Virus record (IMG/VR): IMGVR_UViG_3300035162_004467
Location: 1-64,000 of that record
Reading direction: 5' to 3' (one strand)
DNA length: 64,000 nucleotides
Origin: a virus
Positions 46,323 to 56,258 of the stretch are shown piece by piece. Position 1 is the stretch's first letter; each line of letters starts with the position of its first letter. Both the position numbers and the translations under genes were made by a program. A model generated the notes under the pieces. It did not search any database. It saw nothing but the letters and a program-made list of their open reading frames with translations, and was not told the DNA's origin.

Positions 46323-46424
46323 ATGACTGAACCGGAAATTAATTTTACAGACGAGGTAGAACTCGACGAAACAATAGCATTTATACTAGACCGTATCGAC
46401 GAAGCACAATTCGGCGAAGATTGA
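46323..46424 (+). CDS. Very acidic microprotein (33 aa; not in ORF track)
   Basis: MTEPEINFTDEVELDETIAFILDRIDEAQFGED*. GTGTAT motif 11 nt upstream, as for other genes. Confidence 0.5.
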   Translation: MTEPEINFTDEVELDETIAFILDRIDEAQFGED

Positions 46425-46503
46425 TTTAGTATATCTCTATTGTCTGAGAATTTCCAGCACCCAAATGGGGCTAGAAAAACAAAAACTAACTAAAAATAGT
46501 AGT

Positions 46504-46929
46504 ATGACAATGATGATAAACAAAATGTTGGCTCCCTTGGTTTTCGAGGGAGATATCTTTAAGCGTATGCAGTTGTTAGCTAATGAAGCTAATGCTCCAT
46601 TGTATTCAGGCTCTGAGCCTTTTGATGCTTATAAAGACAAGGATGATAATTTTATTCTTGAGTTTGCATTGGTCGGATTAGATCAGAAAGATATTTCTGT
46701 ATTTGTAGCTGGTCAAACCTTAAAGATTGAGGCAGGATCTCAGCAAAAAGATAACGATGCTGAATTCTACCATAGAAAAATATCTCGACGCTCTGTCAAG
46801 AAGCACTTTACCTTGCACCAGAACGTTGATAAGGATTCCATTGAGGCAGAATATAAAAATGGCCTATTAAGAATCAAAATACCTCTTGAGAAAGAGGAAC
46901 AAAAAGATATAATGATCAAAGTTAAGTAA
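46504..46929 (+). CDS. Small heat-shock protein (Hsp20/alpha-crystallin)
   Basis: P.D...FILEFALVG...I.V...L.I...YHRKISRRS..KHFTL...AEYKNGLLRIKIP. Start uncertain. Confidence 0.92.
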   Translation: MTMMINKMLAPLVFEGDIFKRMQLLANEANAPLYSGSEPFDAYKDKDDNFILEFALVGLDQKDISVFVAGQTLKIEAGSQQKDNDAEFYHRKISRRSVKKHFTLHQNVDKDSIEAEYKNGLLRIKIPLEKEEQKDIMIKVK

Positions 46930-46951
46930 GGCTTTGAGGTGACTTGTATCG

Positions 46952-46989
46952 CTCCTTCTAGGTTGTGCTTACCTAGAAGGAGTTTTTTT
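46952..46989 (+). terminator. Intrinsic terminator
   Basis: CTCCTTCTAGGT-7nt-ACCTAGAAGGAG followed by T7. Abuts the next ATG. Confidence 0.8.
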
Positions 46990-47604
46990 ATGATCACTTA
47001 CGGCATAACAGTAGCAGACGAGTTTTTCGAATTTAAAAGATTAATTAATTCACTTGAGCCATATGTTTTACCAGATGAGGAGATTGTCATCTTGGCAGAT
47101 CAGAACAAAGTAACCAAAGAGATCGAAGAGTTTTGTGAGCTTTGCGGGTTGGAAGTGAACTATTTTGATTTCCAAAAAGATTTTTCTGAGTTTAAAAACA
47201 CTTTGTTTGACTTGTCTACTAAAGACTACTTGATGCAGATAGATGCTGATGAGCAGATACCCCCTTCTCTACTACATGCTTTGAGGACTGTCGGCCAACA
47301 AAAGCCAGAGATTGACCTCCTTTGGATACCAAGAATTAACGTTGTTCGCGGGGCGACAGGAGAGCATATCAAAAAATACAACTGGAAAATAGACGATATG
47401 GGCTGGGAAGGATTTCCTGATTTTCAATCTCGTTTTGCTTCTACCAAAGGCCATATTAAGTGGGAGAATAAAGTTCACGAGGTTTTAGTGGGATCGAACA
47501 ACCCATCAAAACTTCTTGAATTCCCAGTTGAGAATTTTTCTATCCTTCATGTTAAGGATATTCAGAAGCAAGAAAAACAAAATGAACTCTACGAAACTAT
47601 ATAA
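46990..47604 (+). CDS. Glycosyltransferase, GT2-like
   Basis: DFSEFKN...DYLMQIDADE, PD.Q.R, W.NKVHE. Confidence 0.85.
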   Translation: MITYGITVADEFFEFKRLINSLEPYVLPDEEIVILADQNKVTKEIEEFCELCGLEVNYFDFQKDFSEFKNTLFDLSTKDYLMQIDADEQIPPSLLHALRTVGQQKPEIDLLWIPRINVVRGATGEHIKKYNWKIDDMGWEGFPDFQSRFASTKGHIKWENKVHEVLVGSNNPSKLLEFPVENFSILHVKDIQKQEKQNELYETI

Positions 47605-47606
47605 TT

Positions 47607-48182
47607 ATGAACATTAATTTTGAAGGTATTGAACGTATTAACCATGTTTGTGAAGTTGGTTGTTTTTTGCCAGACACTATTCAATCAAAACAGTTTTTAG
47701 GCACACACGTAAAAACAACTTTAATAGAGCCAAATCCAAAAGCATTTAAACAGTTGCAAAAGTCTTTTGGTAGTCATAAAAATGTTTCATTGTTGAATTT
47801 GGCGATTACGGATAAAGGGGGAAAAGTAAAAATGTATAATAGGTGGGATGATGCAGATGCTTCTTGCTTTGTCGATTCGGAGTTTAGTCCAGCTATTGTA
47901 AATGATCAATATGTAAAAAACGATGAAGATAGCTTTATGGTAGATTCTGTATCCTTTGATAAAATTGATAATGGTAATATAGATATTTTATCCGTTGATA
48001 CAGAAGGTCATGAATGGTTTGTGATTAAAAACATGAAGAGTAGACCAAAGTTTATAATCTTGGAAACTCATGGTCAAAGTTATATTAATCCGTATATTAA
48101 TAATATCACAATGTGGATGAATCAAAACGGTTACGTTGTCTTAAAAAAAGATGAGTCAGATACATTATACTCAAAGACTTAA
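47607..48182 (+). CDS. FkbM-family methyltransferase
   Basis: EVG, LIEPNP, NLAI, IDILSVDTEGHE. Confidence 0.8.
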   Translation: MNINFEGIERINHVCEVGCFLPDTIQSKQFLGTHVKTTLIEPNPKAFKQLQKSFGSHKNVSLLNLAITDKGGKVKMYNRWDDADASCFVDSEFSPAIVNDQYVKNDEDSFMVDSVSFDKIDNGNIDILSVDTEGHEWFVIKNMKSRPKFIILETHGQSYINPYINNITMWMNQNGYVVLKKDESDTLYSKT

Positions 48183-48984
48183 TATTTTAGTTAGAGTTGA
48201 AGGTGGGTTAGGAGATTGCTTACTTTCTAATAGATTTATTCCTGCCATCAGGGAATATCACTCTGATTGTCATATTACTTTCGCATTCGATAATGATAGG
48301 GGAGAGGGTTACCAACTAGATGTCTTAAAAAAATTCTATCCAAGCATATCTGATAGATATTGTTTTTGGGGTGAGATTGATAAAAGTGATTATGATTTCT
48401 TTTATGATCTCCATATCGACAAAATGGAATGGACGACTTATGATTTTGATTGGTTGAGTAGATTCTATTATTTCCCCAAGCCAGAGATTACAGTCCAAAA
48501 AGGAGATTATGTTTGTTTGCATTTGACTCATAATTTATGGGAGCCAAAAAATCTTAAGAAGGATTATGTCACCAAACTGGTCAACTCTCTTTATGATACT
48601 GGCAATAAGCTAGTCGCGATTTGCACAGAAAAAGAAAAAGAGCGTTACTCTGATGTTTTGGATAAAGTTAAAATAGTTTGCTCTAGTATTGATAAAGCAT
48701 GTATTACCGTAATGGGAGCTAAAGCTTTTGTAACTATTGATTCTGGTTTTAAATATATAGCTTATGCGAATGGAGTTCCGACTATTGAAACAGCAGATTA
48801 TTATTCTCAAGTCGGGGCTACTCATCCAATGATTAAAGCAAGGTGGTTGCCATTCCAAGAGCGTGGTTTACCACTTTATTCTGATCCTGAGTATTTCTTA
48901 GTTGGTTTGAGAAGCATTTTAGAAAATAGAATTTCTTCTATATTCCCTTATAATAATTCCAATAAAAAAACATTTAAACTATGA
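48151..48984 (+). CDS. Glycosyltransferase, GT9-like
   Basis: GGLGDCL, FVTIDSGFKYIAYANGVPT. Confidence 0.75.
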   Translation: MSQIHYTQRLNILVRVEGGLGDCLLSNRFIPAIREYHSDCHITFAFDNDRGEGYQLDVLKKFYPSISDRYCFWGEIDKSDYDFFYDLHIDKMEWTTYDFDWLSRFYYFPKPEITVQKGDYVCLHLTHNLWEPKNLKKDYVTKLVNSLYDTGNKLVAICTEKEKERYSDVLDKVKIVCSSIDKACITVMGAKAFVTIDSGFKYIAYANGVPTIETADYYSQVGATHPMIKARWLPFQERGLPLYSDPEYFLVGLRSILENRISSIFPYNNSNKKTFKL

Positions 48985-49700
48985 ATAAGTTACAAATAGT
49001 AGAAGGTATACTTGATGAGTTAAGACCATATGCGATTCCTTTCACTATGCGTAGGTATGGCAATCCAAATAGAGATGGTGGATATGGTTTACTAAAAAAA
49101 ATTACTGAAGAGTCTCCAATTGTTTACTCTCTAGGCGTAGGGGTGTTTATTGAAAATATTTTATTCGATTTACAAATGGCTGACTCTGGGAAAAGGGTAT
49201 ACCTATATGATGATAACTTAGATGAGCTACCCAAAAACCACGAAAACTTTACTTACAAAAGAAGTTATGTCTCTTCTGAAAATGCGTCAAAGCATATTGA
49301 AGAAAATGGGCATAAAGATGAAACAGATATTCTCGGACAAATAGACATTGAAGGTGCTGAGTATGAATTATTTTCTGAAGTAGATGAGTCTTATTTCAAA
49401 CATTTTTCTCAACTAAGCGTAGAATTTCATGATCTTCACGAGCCTACGGTTGAAATGTTGAATGTATTTAAAAAGTTAAATAAGTATTATTATATTTATC
49501 ATATTCATGCTAATAATAATAGAATGGTGTTTGATTCAGAAAAAGGGATTCTTCCGCAAGTTTTGGAGATTTGTTTTTTAAGAAAAGATAAGTTGGATTT
49601 TAATCCTTATTTCTGTAAAATACCTCGGCCTATTAACGGTATAGATAAACCTTGCAGGATTGAAGATCCAGATATTTTTTTACAATGGTGGTGTGATTAG
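48981..49700 (+). CDS. Methyltransferase (FkbM/Methyltransf_22-like)
   Basis: DGGY, VYSLGVG, DIEGAEY, QLSVEFH, HIHANN. Confidence 0.75.
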   Translation: MNKLQIVEGILDELRPYAIPFTMRRYGNPNRDGGYGLLKKITEESPIVYSLGVGVFIENILFDLQMADSGKRVYLYDDNLDELPKNHENFTYKRSYVSSENASKHIEENGHKDETDILGQIDIEGAEYELFSEVDESYFKHFSQLSVEFHDLHEPTVEMLNVFKKLNKYYYIYHIHANNNRMVFDSEKGILPQVLEICFLRKDKLDFNPYFCKIPRPINGIDKPCRIEDPDIFLQWWCD

Positions 49701-49702
49701 TT

Positions 49703-50443
49703 ATGGAAAAATTAGGAATAGTAATACCAGAGATACTAGGAGTAGGAGATAAAGTTCAATTTTCTCATATTCCAGAAAATTTCTATAAAAATCATGGTAT
49801 TAAATTAATTGATATTTCTAAATGCTGGACTCTTGATAAAAATCCATACATTCAAAGAGGAGTCAAGCCTGATAAAGTTCTTGATTTGTGGAAACTATCT
49901 TGTAGTTCTGGCCATTACTTAAGCAGGGCAGAATTAATGAATTCCGTTTTAAAATTTGAAAAAATATATTGTCGATCTCCTAGACTTTATTTTAACGAAG
50001 AGCCGAAATATGTTATACAAAATAAAATTTGTTTACATTCTCAGGGAGTTAGTTCAAAATCAATTTTTTCTGATAAGATAATCAAAACTATTAAGGAGAG
50101 ATATCCTAATTATCATATTGTTCAGATAGGAGGGGGAGGTGATGTTGATTGTGGTGTAAATGATTTGCGTGGGTTAAATATGTGGGATACTGTTAGAGAG
50201 ATTTCGACTTCTGCTATTTTTATTGGTGTTAATAGTGGGATGATGAATATAGCTAATTGCTACCCGCATATAAATAAAAAACTCATAATTGATTTGTCTT
50301 CTGGAGAATTTGATCAAAATTTGAATAAATTTCATCCCTTATCCTTTAATCATCATTTATTTTTATGGGTGGATTATGGTTGGCAATATTACAATGATTC
50401 CGAAATTGATATTGGATGCACTTATTCTTACAATAAAATATAA
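49703..50443 (+). CDS. Glycosyltransferase, GT9-like
   Basis: GVGD, NPY, VQIGG, DLRG, FIGVNSGMMNIA. Confidence 0.7.
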   Translation: MEKLGIVIPEILGVGDKVQFSHIPENFYKNHGIKLIDISKCWTLDKNPYIQRGVKPDKVLDLWKLSCSSGHYLSRAELMNSVLKFEKIYCRSPRLYFNEEPKYVIQNKICLHSQGVSSKSIFSDKIIKTIKERYPNYHIVQIGGGGDVDCGVNDLRGLNMWDTVREISTSAIFIGVNSGMMNIANCYPHINKKLIIDLSSGEFDQNLNKFHPLSFNHHLFLWVDYGWQYYNDSEIDIGCTYSYNKI

Positions 50444-50784
50444 TGATTAAGTTAAAAGTAGATGAGGGATACGCTTTTGATTACTTAGCTATCCTAGAGG
50501 TTAAGAAGAACAATAATGCAGAACAGACAGAACTTTGGCTAAATTGCTCTGCTTATTTATCAAGTCAATTTTCTAAAGAGTTTTGGGACAATTTAATCTC
50601 GTCCAAAGAATACGAGGATATGGTTTTAGTTAACCAGAAAACTTTTGATGCAGTTGATAAAGCTCGTTATGGAGAAATAACTGCCAAAGAAGTTGATGAT
50701 TGTAATATGGAAAGATATAATGCTAAACAAACCTTCCTCAATAAATTTTTTCCAGAAAGTGGCCAGCAAGAATTCAAAACATAA
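50443..50784 (+). CDS. Small helical protein often found near glycosylation genes
   Basis: G.AFD.LAILEVK...N...D...N.ER..K pattern. Confidence 0.6.
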   Translation: MIKLKVDEGYAFDYLAILEVKKNNNAEQTELWLNCSAYLSSQFSKEFWDNLISSKEYEDMVLVNQKTFDAVDKARYGEITAKEVDDCNMERYNAKQTFLNKFFPESGQQEFKT

Positions 50785-51484
50785 TCATAAAAGAGCATTT
50801 GATAAAACGATATCTCTTTTTACTTATATTTCATCAGAAGATGAGGTAGAGATAACCTTGGGGGTTGTTGAACATTGCACTTCTGTTTTCGAATTTGATG
50901 ATATAGTTATCTGCTCAAAAATTCCTAATCTAGATACCTCTAAATTTGAAACACTTGGAGCTAGATTCGTTTTTGAAGATGACTTAGACTCCAGTTATGA
51001 ATCCTATAATTTTTTTAAACTTAATCGTTTAGATGATCATATAAAGACGGATTTTGTTTTGACGGTAGAAAATGATGGCTTTATCATTGATGCTTCACTT
51101 TGGAAAGATGAATTTCTTGATTATGATTACATCGCCCCCCCTTGGTATGACCCAGTAGATGATCCTAAATATAGAGTTGGGAATGGGGGCTTTTCTCTTA
51201 GAAGCAAGAAATTATTGGAGGCAACTAAAATAATAACAGATTCTCGTGATGGCCCCTTTGGTAATGAAGATATATTCATTTGTTGGAAGTCGAAAAAAGT
51301 GCTGGAGTCCTTCTATAAAGTCAAATTTGCTCCAGTTGAGTTGGCAGCTGAATTCGGAGTTGAGAATAATCTTTGCCCAGAACAGAATCACGTTGTAATG
51401 GACAACCTCTCAACTTATGACACATTTGGGTTTCATGGTTTTGAACATATACCTTTGATGCATTCTACTTTTTTAAAAAAATAA
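50693..51484 (+). CDS. DUF5672-like putative glycosyltransferase
   Basis: DFVL.VENDG, EFLDYDYIAPPW, VGNGGFSLRS, EDIF, FGFHG. Start uncertain. Confidence 0.75.
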   Translation: MMIVIWKDIMLNKPSSINFFQKVASKNSKHNHKRAFDKTISLFTYISSEDEVEITLGVVEHCTSVFEFDDIVICSKIPNLDTSKFETLGARFVFEDDLDSSYESYNFFKLNRLDDHIKTDFVLTVENDGFIIDASLWKDEFLDYDYIAPPWYDPVDDPKYRVGNGGFSLRSKKLLEATKIITDSRDGPFGNEDIFICWKSKKVLESFYKVKFAPVELAAEFGVENNLCPEQNHVVMDNLSTYDTFGFHGFEHIPLMHSTFLKK

Positions 51485-51487
51485 GAT

Positions 51488-52516
51488 ATGAAAAAAATAA
51501 TTATTACAGGAGTAACAGGGCAAGATGGTAGCTTCATGGCAGACTACCTTTTGAAGAATACTGAACATGCTATTGTCGCTGGAGTTCGACGTTTGAGTGT
51601 AAAAAACCATGGTAACATTAATCATCTGGTAGATAATCCACGATTCAAGCTCATTGATCTTGACGTTGCAGATCAGGCTAATACAGAGGCAGTGATAGAA
51701 GAGGAGAAGCCAGATTACTTCATTAATTTCGCCGCTAATTCTTTTGTCGGTGTGAGTTGGAAAATGCCAGTTAATCACATGGAGACAAACGCGATGGCTG
51801 TTCTTTATCAACTAGAAGCTATAAGGAAGCATCGCCCTAATTGCCGCTACTACAACGCTGGCTCCTCAGAGGAGTTTGGGGACGTTTTACATTCTCCTCA
51901 GTCAGAGCTTCATCCTTTGCGTCCAAGAAGCCCCTACGGGGTTTCTAAGGCTAGCGCGAGGCACATGGTAAAAGCATGGAGGGATTCTTATAACCTTTAC
52001 GCTATTCAGGGCTGGTTATTCAACCACGAAGGAACTCGTCGCGGGGAAGAATTTGTTACCCGTAAGATCACCAAGAATGTCGCTCGTATCAAATACGAGT
52101 ATATTTTAAATGATTTTAAACCCCTTGAGTTAGGCAATATTGATGCGAAGAGAGACTGGAGCGATGCTGAAGATTTTGTTGAAGGCGTTTGGTTGATGCT
52201 CAACCAAGAGTACCCAAAAGAATACGTGCTTTCTTCAAACGAAACTCATACCATTCGTGAATTTGTTGAGGAGGCTTTTAATTTTGCAGGGTTTGGTTCC
52301 GAGAAGTGTCGTTGGGAAGGCCGTGGAGTTGATGAAAAATATTACCACGGAGATAAGGTGCTGGTGCAGATCAACCCTGAATTCTATCGTCCTGCTGAAG
52401 TAGACCTCCTTTTAGGAGATTCCTCATTAGCAAGAAGAGAGCTTAACTGGAACCCTCAGACTGATTTTCTAGAATTAGTCAGAAAAATGGTTGCACACGA
52501 TCTCAGGGAGTGCTAA
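51488..52516 (+). CDS. gmd: GDP-mannose 4,6-dehydratase
   Basis: ITGVTGQDGS, SSEEFG, PRSPYGVSK, LFNHE, FVTRKI, LGNIDAKRDW, YRPAEVDLLLGD. Confidence 0.95.
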   Translation: MKKIIITGVTGQDGSFMADYLLKNTEHAIVAGVRRLSVKNHGNINHLVDNPRFKLIDLDVADQANTEAVIEEEKPDYFINFAANSFVGVSWKMPVNHMETNAMAVLYQLEAIRKHRPNCRYYNAGSSEEFGDVLHSPQSELHPLRPRSPYGVSKASARHMVKAWRDSYNLYAIQGWLFNHEGTRRGEEFVTRKITKNVARIKYEYILNDFKPLELGNIDAKRDWSDAEDFVEGVWLMLNQEYPKEYVLSSNETHTIREFVEEAFNFAGFGSEKCRWEGRGVDEKYYHGDKVLVQINPEFYRPAEVDLLLGDSSLARRELNWNPQTDFLELVRKMVAHDLREC

Positions 52517-52525
52517 CCTAGATTC

Positions 52526-52972
52526 ATGCCAAGAGGTAAAAGGGAATGTCCAAAGTGTTCTGCTTCATGTTCTACCCGCGCTTCAGTGTGTGAGTGCGGT
52601 TTTAGTTTTAAAAGCCAAAAAAAAATACCCAAAAAGCCTACTTATTTTAAAGAGAGGCAACAGTTTATAAGGAAGATGCTGAATGATCAGTCTTCTATTG
52701 ACTATAAACTGGATATGATCGCAGCTACAAAGCTGTTCAAGCATTTCAAAAATGAGGTTGACTTTTTGCTGAAGGTTAAAGCTCCTTTCAAGTTTGATCG
52801 TTCAATAAAATATTTTTTATCCAAGGAGGGTTTAGATTATTTAGATAAAAAACATAAAGAGTTTCACTATAAGCCAAAAAACTCTGAGAAAATGGTTGAC
52901 CAAAAGGTCAAATCAGGAGAGGATATGTTGATCGAAAAAAGAAAAACCCTGAGAGATTTTTTAGATGAGTAA
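52526..52972 (+). CDS. Zn-ribbon hypothetical protein
   Basis: CPKC...C.CG. Promoter TTGCAC-17-TAACCT-6-ATG (52491-52519). Confidence 0.7.
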   Translation: MPRGKRECPKCSASCSTRASVCECGFSFKSQKKIPKKPTYFKERQQFIRKMLNDQSSIDYKLDMIAATKLFKHFKNEVDFLLKVKAPFKFDRSIKYFLSKEGLDYLDKKHKEFHYKPKNSEKMVDQKVKSGEDMLIEKRKTLRDFLDE

Positions 52973-54092
52973 GAAAAGTACGAAAGAAACAGTTGGGACT
53001 TCGGAATTCATGTCGAAGTTTTTTAAGAGCAATAAAGATTACCATTACAACTACGAAGAAACTGCGAAACCTTATGTGGTTTCAACTGGCTCTCTAATTC
53101 TGGATCAGTTTGTAGGTGGTGGTCTTGGAGCTGGACTCCAGCGTTTTATTGGTTGCAATGAGGGGGGCAAAACAAATGAAGCACTTCATGTTATGAAGAA
53201 TATGCTTGAGACTGTAGAAAAAACAAAAGGTCTGTATATTAAAGCGGAAGGTCGTTTGTCAGAAGATATTCAAAAACGTTCTGGCTTGAAATTTGTGACC
53301 GACCCAGAAGACTGGGAATTGGGTAATTGCCTTGTTTGGGAGTGCAATATTTATGATGTAGTTTTCGATGGCCTTAGAGAACTACTAAAGAATAACCCAG
53401 ATAAAGAAAAATTTTGCATTGTCATCGATAGTATGGATAGCTTGCTTCCTAAATCTGATCTAGAGAAGACCACCAGTGACGCAGCAAAAGTTGCAGCAGG
53501 TGCGTCTCTAACTTCAGATTTCCTAAAGCGAGTTAGTCTTGGTATGGGTAAGTTTGGTCATATGTGCATTATGATCTCTCAGGTTCGGTCAACTATTAAA
53601 ACGAGTCAGTATGCGGCTAGTGATCCAAACAACCAAACTAATTCTAGCGGTGGCAATGCAGCTCTTCACTATCCAGACTGGATTATAAACTTCGAAAGAA
53701 GAAATCAGTCTGATTTGATTTTACAAGATCAAAAAGCAAGACCAAGCCCAGAGAATTCTATCATAGGCCATTATGCGAAAGTTCATATTCAGAAGTCTAC
53801 GAATGAAAGCACTGGGATGCGTATCCGTTACCCAATCAAGCATGGTCGTACTGACGGGAAGTCTATTTGGATTGAGCGAGAGATTATTGAAATGCTTTTA
53901 ATGTGGAACTTCATTGAGAAGGCTGGTTCTTGGTTCAAGATTGATGATGAGCTTATTAAGTATCTCGCTGATAGGGGAGTTGAAGTTCAAGAGAAGTATC
54001 AGGGAATGAAATCTCTCTATGACCTTTTGGAGAACAATGAAGAAACAGCCAAAGGAATGCACTTGTTTATTGCTGAGAATATTTTTGTATGA
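52965..54092 (+). CDS. recA: RecA/UvsX-like recombinase
   Basis: STGSLILD, GCNEGGKT, VIDSMD, ISQVR, SGGNA, IEKAGSWF. Confidence 0.85.
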   Translation: MSKKSTKETVGTSEFMSKFFKSNKDYHYNYEETAKPYVVSTGSLILDQFVGGGLGAGLQRFIGCNEGGKTNEALHVMKNMLETVEKTKGLYIKAEGRLSEDIQKRSGLKFVTDPEDWELGNCLVWECNIYDVVFDGLRELLKNNPDKEKFCIVIDSMDSLLPKSDLEKTTSDAAKVAAGASLTSDFLKRVSLGMGKFGHMCIMISQVRSTIKTSQYAASDPNNQTNSSGGNAALHYPDWIINFERRNQSDLILQDQKARPSPENSIIGHYAKVHIQKSTNESTGMRIRYPIKHGRTDGKSIWIEREIIEMLLMWNFIEKAGSWFKIDDELIKYLADRGVEVQEKYQGMKSLYDLLENNEETAKGMHLFIAENIFV

Positions 54093-54496
54093 TTTTTCTG
54101 ACGACAACTGGTCGTGAACAGAAGCTGAAAAACTCTTCGAAATATTTAATCAACTGGGACGAGAAATGTCGTAGTAAAATCCAAAAAAGAGTAAAAGACC
54201 TTTTGCACTCACACTGGATCTCTGATATAGTTTTTGAAGAGTTCCCTGTTCTTGGGACTAGAATGACTATAGACTTCTACAACGCAAATAAAAAACTTGC
54301 AATAGAAGTCGATGGCAATCAGCATTACAAATATAATAAATTTTTCCATTCAAACTCTAGGCAGAATTTCTTGTCACAATTGCAGAGAGATGAGAAGAAG
54401 GAATATTTTTGCGAAATCAACAAAATTAGACTTGTAAGAATACTGGAGAAGGATACTCTCAATGAAGATCTGCTGAACAAGTTAGACGTAATATGA
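54089..54496 (+). CDS. Vsr/DUF559-like endonuclease
   Basis: EEF...IDFY...AIEVDG.QH...RD..K..FC...I.LVRI. Confidence 0.8.
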   Translation: MIFLTTTGREQKLKNSSKYLINWDEKCRSKIQKRVKDLLHSHWISDIVFEEFPVLGTRMTIDFYNANKKLAIEVDGNQHYKYNKFFHSNSRQNFLSQLQRDEKKEYFCEINKIRLVRILEKDTLNEDLLNKLDVI

Positions 54497-54714
54497 ACTT
54501 TTTTGACAAAACAGACAATACCTTACCTCAAAGCATTCTTACTAAATTGTTCGACTGCACTGGCTCCCCAAGTGGAGGAAACAAAGGGTTCTTCCTATTT
54601 TACATAAATGAAGTTGGTCATCCTACTCTCTCGACTAAAACAGACAATACTTGTGTTGATATGGCTCTCTCTAAATTAGTCGAAATATCTCAACAGCAGG
54701 AGGTGAGCGAATGA
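54493..54714 (+). CDS. Hypothetical protein (73 aa)
   Basis: Coupled by 4-nt overlaps on both sides. Confidence 0.7.
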   Translation: MNFFDKTDNTLPQSILTKLFDCTGSPSGGNKGFFLFYINEVGHPTLSTKTDNTCVDMALSKLVEISQQQEVSE

Positions 54715-56258
54715 TAGCTAGCTTAGACTTAGAGAAGACGGTTTTAAAGGGACTTCTCCAACATCCCAATAAGTGGGCTGAAGCTTCAGTATTCTTAAAT
54801 CAAAAAGATTTCTTTAGCGATGATTCTGTTGTAAACCTCTCTATCTTTAAACTCATCCGAAATGCTCTGGATAATGCAGAGACTATAGATGACACTATAC
54901 TCATACCAAGGTTAGAACAACTCAAGGTTAGTTTCCCAGACAGCATCGATCTTCCAGAATACATACGGTCTTTGGTTTACCACAAGATAACCGAAGATAT
55001 CTTTATTTCTTCGGTTAGAGAATTAAAGAAGTTCTCTGCTCGTAGAGAAATTTATCGTGCTGCGAAAGACGTTGCGTCTTACGTTAAGAAGGTAGACCCA
55101 AATCTCAAGTATTCAGAGATTATTGACAAGTCAGACGAAATTTATAACAAGAATATAAAAGAGTTTGAGTTCAATGATGAAGGTCCAATCAACCTATTCG
55201 ATATTATGGAAGAGTTGGTTGAAGGCAGGGGGAACAATCCGATTGAAGAAGCTGGTCTAATGGGGCCGCACCAACGCATCAATGATATTTACGGTTCTCT
55301 ACTTTTAGAAGGTAACATCTCTGTTATTGTTGCTCGCTCTGGTGTTGGTAAAACTCAGTTCTGTATGGACTATACAATTAGAACTGGAGCTAAATACAAT
55401 ATCCCTATTCTTCACTTCGATAATGGAGAGATGAGTGAAGAAGAGTTAACTCTTCGCCAGTGTTCTGCAATGACAGGTATACCAATTTATCTTTTGCAAA
55501 GTGGTAAGTGGAGAACATCTAGTTATAAAGACTGGACTGTAGAACAGGTTATAGGAAAAGTTCGTAGTGCTTGGCAGCAGATTAAGGAAGGTAAGATGAA
55601 ATTCTATTACCAAAATGTTGCTGGTATGTCTGCTGAAGAGATGTGTTCTTATTTGAAAAGGTTTTATTACTCTAAAGTTGGTAGGGGGAATAAGATGATT
55701 TTTAGCTTTGATTACATTAAAACAGACTTTAATAATCTGGGTAAAAACGAAGGTTGGCAACAAGTAGCCTCAATGGTTCATTTGTTTAAACAAACGATTC
55801 ATAGGGATTTGTGTTTTGATGGCAAACCTTGCGTCTCAATGATGACTTCTGTTCAAGCGAATAGGCTTGGGATAACAGGGAATAGGGGAGTAGATTCGAT
55901 AGTCGATGATGAAAGCGTAGTCTCTCTTTCAGATGGCATCACTCAGTTTTGTTCTCATTTGTTTTTATTGAGGAAAAAAATACCAGATGAAGTTCATGAA
56001 GATGGAGATCGTTTCGGCACTCATAAGCTAGTTAACCTAAAGGCTCGGCACTTGGGTAAAGATGCCCTTCGTGCGATCAATCCTGTAGAAATGCCAGATG
56101 GCTCTAATCGTAAAAACTTCATCAACTTGAATATTGAAAACTTCAGGGTTGAGGAAAGGGGCGACCTTCAAGATGTTGTAAACTCTGCCAATAATATTGA
56201 CGTTTCTTTGGAGACTAATGAAGAGAATGACGATATCCCAATGGTTCTTTCGCGATGA
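54711..56258 (+). CDS. dnaB: Replicative DNA helicase
   Basis: ARSGVGKT, EMS, FDYIK, QANR, KAR, and a DnaB-like N-terminal domain. Confidence 0.9.
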   Translation: MIASLDLEKTVLKGLLQHPNKWAEASVFLNQKDFFSDDSVVNLSIFKLIRNALDNAETIDDTILIPRLEQLKVSFPDSIDLPEYIRSLVYHKITEDIFISSVRELKKFSARREIYRAAKDVASYVKKVDPNLKYSEIIDKSDEIYNKNIKEFEFNDEGPINLFDIMEELVEGRGNNPIEEAGLMGPHQRINDIYGSLLLEGNISVIVARSGVGKTQFCMDYTIRTGAKYNIPILHFDNGEMSEEELTLRQCSAMTGIPIYLLQSGKWRTSSYKDWTVEQVIGKVRSAWQQIKEGKMKFYYQNVAGMSAEEMCSYLKRFYYSKVGRGNKMIFSFDYIKTDFNNLGKNEGWQQVASMVHLFKQTIHRDLCFDGKPCVSMMTSVQANRLGITGNRGVDSIVDDESVVSLSDGITQFCSHLFLLRKKIPDEVHEDGDRFGTHKLVNLKARHLGKDALRAINPVEMPDGSNRKNFINLNIENFRVEERGDLQDVVNSANNIDVSLETNEENDDIPMVLSR

